From: Seison nebaliae
Lineage: Eukaryota
DNA: 57,024 nt
Assembly (NCBI GenBank): GCA_023231475.1
Contig: JALJEE010002162.1
Location: 62,001-119,024 of the forward strand
Reading direction: 5' to 3'
Shown: piece after piece, positions 42,246-54,100 of the stretch
How the letters are laid out: each line of letters opens with the position of its first letter
Position numbering within the stretch: position 1 is the first letter of the stretch
Notes under the pieces: generated by a model
Told to the model about the DNA's origin: nothing
Databases searched by the model: none
Seen by the model: the letters and a program-made list of their open reading frames with translations, nothing else
Translations under genes and position numbers: made by a program

Positions 42246-42423
42246 GTCCGACTTTCTTTCCTGCAGTTATCGCATATGTGGATGACATCCTCATTTGTCC
42301 GAATAACGTTTTGGGAGCTTGAGAGAGTCTAAACTTTCAACCGCCAGTATCAATTTGAGAGGAAGGATTGTAGGTATTCTGGCAGTTGGATATGCTCCCA
42401 GTCGAAATTCTGCAACTTTTTTT
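42246..42423 (+). ncRNA. Candidate structured non-coding RNA, family not recognised
   Basis: Hairpin 42266-42307; long hairpin 42312-42400 (tgggagc/gctccca, tcaaccgccag/ctggcagttgg); followed by a T7 run. GC-richer than flanks. Confidence 0.3.
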
Positions 42424-42649
42424 AAAATTTCCCTTTTTGTATAAGAAATATTTAACTTACGGGGCTAAATTTAATATATTTAGAAAGAGCATGCAATGCT
42501 CTACAACCCAGTAATCTTTAGATTAAATTTTATTTTAAAAATCAAAATTTCAAATCAAAAAATACAAATCTTACAAATTTGGAGTTATTTACTAACATTT
42601 AGTTAGTTAAAAAATTTCAGTTGAGAAGATAAAAGGAAATAACGAAGAA

Positions 42650-43488
42650 ATGGCGGCATAAAAACTTTTTTTCTCGATAGAAGGCGAACTGCGACTCGAA
42701 TCAATGTTCCATCATTGGTACAACAATAAACTATCTTCCCCCCAGACTCAAACTCTTCATTTGGTAGCAGTGAGTGGTTGCTAGTCTACGAAAAATGAAG
42801 CTGTTTCTGAGTCTTTCAGATAATTTCTTTAAATGGAAGAACCCCCCGGAGAAGGTGGTCCGAGCGAAGAAAAGGAGGAACCATTGTGGTGATTGCTTAA
42901 GCTTCTCTGACATACTTACAAAAGAACTTAGCGATCTTCACAGAGGATGTAGACCTGAAAGAGTGGCTGCAGGTAGTCCTCACAAAGTTCGCATATCATG
43001 AAGGACACGTTCCTCCTGCTGGGCGCTTCTCAGACTTTGACGCAGATAACGGAATATCCCAGAAGTGCATATCAGATTGAAAGTCAACTGAATTATAAGA
43101 TAAGTCAGATCGAACGCGCAAAAAAGGATGAATAATGACGTACGAGTCATACCTACAAAGGTAATACAATTAGCTAAACAGTTCTAACCAAACGCTGAAA
43201 CTGCAGAGGCGTTGGCGAACAGAAATTTTTTTTCAGGAAATCGTCGATAAGGATTTGAACTTCAAATCAGCAACATTCATTCAAAATCTTCAAATTTTGA
43301 AGCATCGATTGACAGCAGACCAAATTAGTTTCTACTCATCATTAATCGCAATTATAAATAGAATCCGAAAAAAAGGCATCCGGCCAAGACAACAAATCAA
43401 GATTGAACTCGTCCAACCCCAAGTGGTGTGTAATATCTACTCTGACCGTGCCCTGGTATTTTCGGATACTATTTATAATTGTGATTAA
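42650..43488 (+). pseudogene. Decayed coding-like segment, possibly a transposon ORF remnant
   Basis: GC-richer than flanks; several short broken ORFs; no splice structure that joins them and no recognisable domain. Confidence 0.25.
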
Positions 43489-43673
43489 TGGTGAGTTGAA
43501 ATTAATTTAGTCTGCTATAGTTTCTACTGTTATTTTATAACATTATTACATATGTATTATATTATTAGTTATATACAAAATTTCGTGTATTTCTAGTCAT
43601 CAATAGAATTTTTATAGTTTATTGAACGGAAATTTTGAACATTTTTATAAAAATTAACAATTGAATAATTTTT

Positions 43674-43945
43674 TTAGGAATTTTCTTCATTATGATTTTT
43701 GAAAAAAAATGTATTGTCTCAAATATATTGGGTAATTGAGTTGTGAATTAGAAACGTGATTGAGGTATGAAAGCACATAAACCTTTTCCTTGCTGGTGTC
43801 CAACCGCTCCTTACCTTATCGGATGCCGCATAACTATAGAGAAATAATTAGATATTAAAAAAATATGAAATTTTAACTTGTTGGCATCCGATTTTCGACA
43901 TTTCTTTTTAGGAATTTCCAGAAATCCATTAAATTTCGGATTCAT
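43674..43945 (-). CDS. Possible very small spliced gene or 3' exons of one
   Basis: MNPKFNGFLEIPKKKCRKSDAN|NYAASDKVRSGWTPARK|RQYIFFKNHNEENS* using introns 43834-43877 and 43718-43782 (second acceptor weak). No homology recognised. Confidence 0.2.
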
Positions 43946-45194
43946 GAACTAAACATGAGGGACAATGAAAGATAATAGATTATAAAAGAAAACTAACTCC
44001 GTAAACCTCTGATAAGAAAATGTAAAATGTTTTGTGGCGATACGGGCTTAGGCTGAAAGCCACGTATCGCCAAACTATTCAGAGGAAAGAAATGAAAAAT
44101 AAATTTTTTGATTATTCTAATTTTCACTCTAAACTCTGTTCAATTTATGTTGATCTTACAACGCGCAAAATTTTCCAACGACTTTCAACGATCTTTCCAC
44201 GTTGTCGAAGGAATGTTGACGTGGCACAAGATCAATTTAATTAATTATATATATATATTATTTCATACCGTTGAGATACTATTGCGCGTGAATTAGTCTA
44301 ATAACAATGAATTGAAAGTCGTAGATAATTGTGCGCGCAATATGAACGAAAATCAAGCATAAATAGAATAGAAATGATTGTAAGAAATGATATATATACA
44401 TAAAAGTTATTTTTCAATTTCTTATTGGGTTTCGGTTGGATCATCATTGAGAAATGGTTCAATGGGAAGACCAACTGGAAGAACTTAATGAAAGTTCCTT
44501 AAAGTTACACTAATTTCTTCATCAATATTAAAATTTATTTGATTAAAGTAGGGGGGTGGATTGTGGGCCCATTACTTCACAGCCAAAAAAAATGGTAATG
44601 GCTCATGAGAGAGAATTAAATCCAAATGACTACAATAAGTTTCTTTATATTCAAAAAGAATTTCAATGATTTACTTCCTCACACAAATACCAAACGTACC
44701 AAATATACCAAAATCTTTTGTAACATTCATTCTATTTTATGTTGATCAATCTTACATCCTTTTTAAATAAACAATCATTTTTTATTAATTATTCTCTGAA
44801 ACTTATAAAAATTTCTGATGAAACTCTGTTAAATATCTAAATTATATTTCACTATAAGAAATCCATAGAAGCTAATTATAGAAAGAATAAACTCTCATAT
44901 TGATTGAATGATAACTTAAGATTCTAATTTCTCGTAAACTTAATCGAAAATGAGATGAATTCCTTTTACTCAACTAGACGAACTGTAAAACACACAAACT
45001 TTTCTCTTCCATTAATAATAATCGTATTATTAATTATTATGATTTTAAATCGTATATTAATTGAAATTGTAGAAGATTGGTGGAGGAATGTTTTGAGAAT
45101 TTAAAACATCTTTTTATTTATGATAACAGTAAGAGATAATATCAGGTTTTTATAACAAAGTCAAAAAATAAAAAAATTGCTCGTTTATCATCTG

Positions 45195-48100
45195 TCATAT
45201 GTCGTCTTCCTTTCTTGGCCTCTTCTTCCCGCTCGATTGTTTATCCTTCAAAATGAAGTAATAAATAAGGAACTTAAAAAGTTTGAAAATGTAAACTTCT
45301 TTATCTTCGACGTCTTCCTGACCATGTTCAGATTGGAGTTCATTTGGATTAATCTTCTTTTTTTTTATTAAAATTTTTATATATTATTATTAAATATTAA
45401 TAAATATTATTAGAAAAATATTGTTATTGAAATAACTTTCGTTGTTTCTTCTATTAAACGAGCAGTGGACGGTCTTGTTTTCTCCACATTATTCAACTTC
45501 TTATTAATCATCTCTTCATTTAGTTGAATAAGAAACTGGAGAGATTATTAATGTAATTCGAATAAGAAATTTGAAGGGAACTTGTACGATTTTCCTTAAA
45601 CATCTCATAAATAAATTATTAATTTGATTTCGACTTAATTCAAATTCTTTTTCTGATTCTTCTAATGATTTATGTTGTGCAGCAACGGCTAATAACAATA
45701 ATTCTTCACTCATCGACAATTTAAGAGAAGTATTTTTATTCTTTAATTTTCCGTTGAAATACCATCGACCGATAACGGGAACCAAATCCGTTATCAAATG
45801 AGAATCGACAAGATTCTTACAAAACTTTTCTAATCTCTGTAAATCGAATTGTGTCATGTTATCGAATAGTTCGGATCCATCTAATATTCTCGCACGATCT
45901 CTCCAATTTTCCATTTCGTAACTTTTTTGATGGAAGAAAGATAATGCCATTTTAGATGGAAATAATCTGAAATCATAAGAAAGTAAAGAGAAGAAGCGAC
46001 GTCGAAAATCTGATGTTTTTAAAGAATTATTTGAATGGAGAATGAAAAAGAAATTTAATTTCAAACCGAAATAATATTGTGAGAGCCAAGATTGATTATT
46101 TTCATTTGTATTCATTTCCATTAACATAATACAGGTATGTTCACCAGTTAAATGATTCTATAAAAAAATGTTGTTAAGAATCATATTTAAAAAAAAAGAA
46201 CTTTTTGTTGTCTCAAATAGACGGGGAGGAAGTGTAACGACCTCCAAAATCTAAAAAAGATAAACTTCTAAGAAATTTCTTTATAATCTCACCAACTTAT
46301 AAACTGCTTCCGATAATGAATAAGAAACGCCAATCCAATTAACATAAGGCGGTTCCAATTCCTCCAATTTCCGTAACAATGAAAATTCACTTTCTACAAT
46401 AAATTTATTTGATTTGACGTCGTCAAACCGTTGATCGATTTCTGATGAATTATTATCATCAATTGCCATCAAATTATCTGATTCTAAATCTTCGTTACCA
46501 TTTGAATGGTTTTCTTCATCAAATATGTCAACTTTTGTATCTTTTCTTAAAGATGATTCGGCAACTGGATTAGTTTCGAACATTTTGGCAAATGCTCCAT
46601 TGAAATATTTAGATAATTGTTTTATCGCTTCCGAACCGTAACCCATCTAAAGTTCCGGGGATAAAAGTGACATCTGGACAAGTGGAAAGGGAAAATTAAC
46701 TTTTTGATATTTGGGATTTGTTGCGATACGAATTATTCGGATACCACTCAACTCCGCAAATTTCGTATCTTGAAACTAAAAAAAATTTTTGAGGAATTAT
46801 TAAAAAATTTTCAGGAATTTTCAAAAAATTTTAATAGAATTATTTTTTATTTTAATCGTTTCTTACTTGCTCCAACATATGTCGTCGCATTTGGATGGAA
46901 GTTTTGGAGTGAATGTGGAAATATTGAGAGAACTTTAAAATTTCATTTAACAAAATTTAACGGAAATTTAAGAGAAAGAAGGAAATGAAGAATTGAATGC
47001 GTTCGTAGCTCATTCGGTTCTCAGTTAATGGTGATGGACATGGTGGTGGTGGTGGTGGTGGTGGTGTTGGTGTTGGTAATGGTGATAGTGGTGGGAATTT
47101 GGGACGAGAAAAAATTAAGAGAAACTGATCTAAAAATTTTAATAAAATGTTTAGAAGGAAAAATCTGATTGTCTGTTGATGGTGAGGACATGTGATCTCG
47201 TGTTTGTCGTGAGACAAATAAAGTTTTTCCTTCTGCCAAAAATAAATGATTATTCACTTTTCCTAAATATATTTTAAACGGAAATAATTCTGCTGATGCT
47301 GATTATTGTTGTTATGAGAGATTACTTATGATATAGGCAAGGAAAAGAAAGAAGATGGCAGCGAGAATGATTGGGAAAGGATCATTCAATAGAGTTTCCA
47401 TCGATCGATTTGTCGATTTTTTCTCTTTCTTCTCCTCTGATTTCAAATTACCTTTCCAAGTGGGTGGGATAGTTGATGGAGAGGATGTTCGGACGAAATC
47501 ATATGATGATGTTAATTGACTGTTGTTGTTGTTGTTGTTGTTGATGGTGGTGTCGTAATTGATATCATTGGGAGATGAATGAAGTTGATGAGAAAGAACT
47601 TTATCATTCTTCATGACATTTGCTGTTGAACGCATAATTTTAGGGATGGATGTTGTTGAGGGTGATGACGAACGTTCTTTTTGAATGAAAGAATCATCAA
47701 ATTGGAAAGTGAGAGGTTGAATGGATTGAGGATCGACGGGTAATTCAGTAATTCGCACTTGACGTATTTCTGTGCATTGACTACTGCAATGTTCAAAACA
47801 TTCATTCTCACATTTCCGTCCAAACGTCTGTGTAGATGTTTGAGATGGTGAGAGATGTGAATCATGACACGTAATACTTAAATGATCATCATATGAATTG
47901 AGATGATGAGGAGATTGTGTCAAATCATTCATTAATCGACTTCCTGATGGTCGCCATAATTTCGAGGAAGAATCTTCCGTCCAACTAATGATGGGACGAC
48001 GTTCTCGTCGTTCGACAATATGGGTCGATTCATATTGACGAATATGACGGTCTTGGGATAGACTTCTGGGTGTTGAATAATTCGGTGTAACAGATCGAAT

Positions 48101-51100
48101 CTTGATATTTGGTGTGGTCGTTATTCCCACCGTACTAATGTTGGTAGAGGAACTCGTCATCGATGAGATGGTGAGAACTGGTTGATCGATAATTGATCTG
48201 ATTATCTTATGATTATCTTTCTGTTTATCAATTTGATTCTCCACTTGAATTAATGGAATCTCATTATTCTCTAAAGAAATTCCGGTTATCGTTTTTGTTG
48301 TTGTTGTTGTTGTTGTTGTTGGGGATAATGATTGTGGCGATTGTAAAATGTTTGATGTGATTGTTGTGGTTGTTGTTGTTGTTGTTGAGATATGAGAAGA
48401 AGGAGATGTGAAGGAATTGAATGGTAAAATATTTTCATTTATAATTTCAGTTGAAGGATGATCGGTAGAACGTTCAACTTCGAAATTCTTCTCAACTTCA
48501 TTGAGAGGAGAAGACAGTTGTGTGAGATCCAACTCATTCTTTGATGACTTATCATCTACATCTTTTTCTACCATCATCGATGAATTGGGCGAAGTCGTTG
48601 AAAGAAGTTTATTAATTTGTTTCGATGGAATATTTGGCGATTTCTTCTTCTCTTCTTGTTCTCTCGTACCGAATCGTTGACGGATAACGGATGTCGAATA
48701 TTTGGACGTAGATAAATTGAATGTTGAACTGAGATCTGCCGCATTCATTTGTGTTGTAGTAACTGGAGTAAACGAGTCGATAGTCGGTTGGAATTTAATA
48801 CAACCAATCTTCTGATTAACATCTAAATTGAGTTGCTGCTTCTTATTTGTTGTTTCATTCAATTCCTTCTTCTTCAATTCCTGATGTTGCTCTTGTTGTT
48901 GTTGTTGTTGTTGCTCTTGTTGTTGTTGTTGTTGTTGATGATGATGATGATGATGATGATGATGTTTATGTTTATGACGATGATGATCTCGTTTTCCTGA
49001 ATGTGTCAACTTTCCTTTCTCTTCAATTCCATTACTCGCTGTACTTACATCACTGATACCATCGATTAATTCGGATTTATCTTCAAACGCTGATTGATGT
49101 GATTGTTCTTGATCATTCAAATTCTTCAATCGATCACGTAATCGTTCTGGTTTCTTCATTTGGAGTGATGTGTCCAATTTCAATTTTTCATATTCGACGT
49201 TCGTTTCATGATGTTTCAATAACAAATCTTTCTTTGACGTCGTCTCACCTAATAATGATGAATTGGTGCCGATAGAGGAAGTGGATTTTAATCGTTGTTT
49301 CAATTGTTTCTTCTTTGTCGAAATGAATCGTTTAATACCTCCAATGGATAAGGAGCGATGTCGTTTTCCGTTCACATCCTCCATAATATTCAATAAATTC
49401 TCATCAAATAATAATTTCTCCGAATCCGTCTCGTCTTTATAACAACATTCACTTTGTGTCTCGAATTCCATTCTCTTATTATGTTCACCTGATTGTGTTG
49501 ATTGTGCTCGTTTTCGTTTTCTAAATTGGAATCTCTTCGTCTTCTTTCCTTTCAATAATGATGATGGTGTATCCATATTATGATGTTGTTGTTGTTGTTG
49601 TTGTTGTTGTTGTAGTTCTTTCATCCATTCGATTTGTTCATATTGATCATCTGTCAAAAATAATGCTGTTGATGATTTACTGGAGATGTTGAGGAGATTT
49701 GTTAAATCTTTTTGTTTCTTTTTCTTCTTTTCATCACATTCAATCTCGTCGATATTCGATCCACTCAATTTACTGAATGTGGATGTGACAAGAAGATGAT
49801 GAGATTTGATGTGATCAAACGAATCCTGATACTTCTCTTTCTTCTCATCAGCATAATTCTGAGAGATCATCGATTTGGTGGCGATGTTCGTTCGATTCAT
49901 TAGAGAATTGGTCAAATTTTGATTGGGATTTACTCGCAATCGATCCACATCACCAAACCGTTTGATGTCGTTCTTTTGAGGATATGACGATTGATATTGG
50001 AATGAATTCTCCAACCACTCATTAATTCGATTATTGGAAGATGTTTCACTATTCGCCAACTTCTTATTCTTCTCCTTCTTCGATTCTTGTTCAGGAATAT
50101 TTGTGAATAATTCTTGAGATTCACAAAAATTCATTTTCATTCCTAATTGATCACTTCCATAATCCTCCATCAATAACGATGATTTATAAGCGGTTAATGA
50201 CGAACGGACACTCATCTTATCATGAGATTGTATCGACTGATTATCAGAGAGACATTTCTTTCGATTCTTTCTCTTATTCTCCTCATCGGACAAGTGACCA
50301 TAAACGAGTGTTGGTGGAACACTCAAATGATGATGATCGATCATTTGTGTGCGATTATTTTTCTTCTTTCTCAAATGATCATCTCCAACGATCTCAGTCG
50401 TCCTTTTCAATTCGATGATCTGTTCATTGAGTACTTGATTGATCTCATTTTTTGTCATTTCCAAATCGACCGGTTTCTTCAATTGTCCAATATCATCCAA
50501 ATTGGCAATATCTAATCCGGACGTGATATGGATGTCATTCTCCTTCTCCGTCGACTCTTTCCACTCCTCACAATTCCCAATGAAATTTGTCATGTTATTC
50601 ATCGCTTCGTTATCGTTCGAATGGAGGATGACGGATGCGTCCACCATTTCCATATTCTCGTTAGTCAACATTCTTATAGGAGTTTGTTCTTTTGTCTCCT
50701 TTTCTTCTCGTCCTCTCTTTTTCTTCCGTTGATGAGCGAATCGTTTATGTTCCATCTGACGATGATGGTGACGTCTCTTTTCATTCGATTCTTCCAAACA
50801 TTTTTCTTCTTCTTCTTCTTCTTTCTCACTACCAATATTTTCAGACAATTTTTGTTGTTGTTGTTGGGAGTTGTTGGATATATGAGAATTATTGATAATC
50901 ATTTGAATATCATCTTCTTTCTCTTCCAATCTCTCAACATTATCTATCATTTTTTTATTATTCCCATTAGTTGTAGTATTATTTGTTGTTGTTATTGTTG
51001 TTATTCTATTTGTAGTATTGTGAAATGGATAGTGATCATTTACAGCTGAATTAGATAGAAGTTCATTCTTCATCATTTCTTCATTGATAAATTCTTCTGA

Positions 51101-54100
51101 TTTCTCTTCGAACATTTCCTCCTCTTCTTCCTTCATATGAAATTCTTCTTCTAATATCTCCGAATCATTAATTTCTTCATAATTTTTATCGGAATTCATA
51201 TTCTCACCTTGAACAATGATGTCATTTTGCATATCTGATATATAACTGAAAATGACGGGACGATAATCATCGAAAACATCCATCAATCCCTTCAATTCCG
51301 TTTTAACCACTTTCTCGCTATTTTCTACAACGTTCGTCTCATCCACTTTCTCCAGTTCCCTCCCAAATTCATTAAGATTTCCTTCCTCAATTCCAATTAC
51401 TCTCTCCTTGCCACCATCACTATCATCATCATCATCATCATCATCATCATGAGACTGATAATTGTTGTAACAATCAGCATCTTTAACCTTCATCGACGAA
51501 ATGATTTGGAAGTCTTCTGTTTCATCATCTAATGTTAAATTAACAATATTTTTCTTCTTCTTCATTTCATTCTGCTGATGTTTTTGTTGTTGATAATCAT
51601 TTATTTCTTCTTCATATTTCCATGTTGTTTCAATTTGCTCCTGTTCATGTTCGTTGATAACATATTTCTCATTTAGAAATGTATCCATCTTCTCATCAAT
51701 CTGTTTCTCCCTTTGTTGTTGTTGTTGTTGTTCGTGGAAATGATGAAGTTGTTCATAATTTGAATGTATATGATTTGAGTGTTGGTTATCCTCCACAACT
51801 TGTGAGATGTGAGGAAGTATATTGGAGATTAATTGAGAGATCTCCTTGGATGCTTCTTCTTCCATATTGTCGATTCGTTTCATTTCATCATCTTCTGTTT
51901 CCACATCAGTTGAATGATGAGTATCCAAATTCTCCATAACCAAACAAGAGAATTGAATATCACTTCCACTCACTCGATTGGAAGAATGAGAATATTCGTT
52001 TGATTCAGATGGATAAACATCGCGAATTGCTTGACTCAACAACTTCTTCGAATTGAGAGTGTGTAATCGATTTTTTATGTGTTCGATCTCCTTCGAATCT
52101 AAACAGCAATCATTATTATCATCACCTTCATCCTTCTTTTCAATCGCCAATGTATTGATCTCTTCCGATTTCTCTTCTTCGATCATTGTCAGATTGGATA
52201 TTAGCTTCTTTACAACATCGTCTCTCCCCTCATTTTCTCCATTATCATAATCTGATGAATGTCCATTAAGTAAATTACTTACAAATTTATTCGTTTCTTC
52301 TTTCTCTTCTTCTACTTCTCTTCTTTCCTTCTCATAAATTAAATTCGTTTCTTCCACAAAATTCTTTTCTTTTTCTTCTTCCAAATCAATCTTTATAATA
52401 TTCTTCTTCATCGTCAACGATGGATCAGAATTGAGAGATTCGTCACTCAATTCACTTCCTTCCCTCACAACAATCTTCTCCTCCTCCTCCTCCTCCTTCT
52501 TCTCCTCCTTCTTCTTTTCTTGACTTGACAATGAACGGAATGTTCTTATGGACTTGGGTCGAATAATTCGAATTCTCGGAGAATATTGTTGAGTTGTCTG
52601 TTGTCTAATAATTCGTCGTTCTTCGCGACAACGATTCGCAGCGAATGTCTGTGATGCTTCGAATGATTCCGTTAGACACTTGTCTTTAGAGCGGATTAAT
52701 TCGTTATTAATTCGTTTGATTGACGATGATGACGAGGAGAATATCTGTTCTCCTTCACAATGTGCCAATTGACAGATATCGGTTCTTCTATCAACCAATG
52801 ACGGTTTCAACGAATTCGTTTCGATGTCGATAATATGAATTCGTTTTCGATTATTTCTTGGAATAAAAATTTGAGAGTATGAACGAGGCAATGGTGGTCG
52901 TGATGGTGCACTTCTCAAATTATTCGGCAATTCGGGAACAGTTTGATTGACAAATAATTTCACCTGATTCCGATGAGAAATTGATGATAGGAATGACGCA
53001 GACGATTGAGAGCTTTCTCCCGATTCATCAATATTGATATTCAATGCCGTTCGTTTCGGTGTAAACTTGAAAGATAATGACGTTTGTCCGTTCACTGCAA
53101 CATCATCATTATCATCATTATCAAGAGCAGCAGCAGCAACAGAATCATCATCATCATCAACTTTTCTTAACAGAGAATTTACATTATCCTCAGAAATTCC
53201 GTCGCTTTTTCTTTTATTCTCTGCTTCGTTTAATTGTTGAGATGTTACATCCGTTTCCAGTATTTCTACAATATCATTCATTATTATCCGATCCTTATCT
53301 CCATCGACAACAATACACAACAGGAAAATATCTTACATCGAGATAGCGGTACAGAAAGAAATTCTATTGATGCATCTCATAATATCAGAGAACAATTATT
53401 AATAATTCTTCATAACACTCTCCTTCCCATCCACCATCTCATATGTATCAACTCTCAATAATCGGGCAAGTAATTCCTGATAATCAATTCAATGAAAACA
53501 CATTCAAATCTTTCAATTAATTCAAATAAATTTTTCTTTCTTAATCATTTTTACTCTTAGAATCATCAGCTTCCACATATCCATCTCTCATCGTCCAATT
53601 TGTACGTTCTCCTCTCCTCCCCATTATTATTTAGTTTCCGATGGACAATGTATTTTATTGCGTCGAAAGAGATACGAATCATTCCTCCTTACGTTCTATC
53701 CAGATATTCATCGATTCCATCGTTTACGCAAATGTTAATGGATGGAATTATGGATGAATGAGCGGATGGAAATCAATCGTTCTCAAAGAGAATCAAGTGA
53801 ATTACTTCTCTCGTTTTTCAACGAATATTTTCCTCCTTTTTTTTTTCTCATTCGAATATTCGAATTTTATATATTTCTACTGAAAAAAAATCGATAATCG
53901 ATAAGGAAATAAATCTCTTACATTCAATGATCATCAATCGATCCATTCTATCTCGTTCAATCAAACACAAACATTTCTTCTCTTCCACTTCATTCTTCCT
54001 CATCAACATCAGACGAACATCAGTAAATGAAATAATGAATAACAGAAAAATTAGTGAAACGGAATATTTCTTCATCACTCAATCGATTTACCGTTTATGA

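Noticed and set aside
42262..42310. U4 snRNA 5' stem-loop on the minus strand (aatgagg..atcc..gcgat)
   Set aside because: The second GA of the k-turn, the U6-pairing stems and the Sm site are absent.
47312..53320. Nested ORF as a transposon, or as a KASH protein
   Set aside because: No RT, integrase or transposase motif, TIR or LTR seen; the TM is not followed by a luminal PPPX tail. The ORF-track start at 53320 is TTG; the first ATG is 53281.
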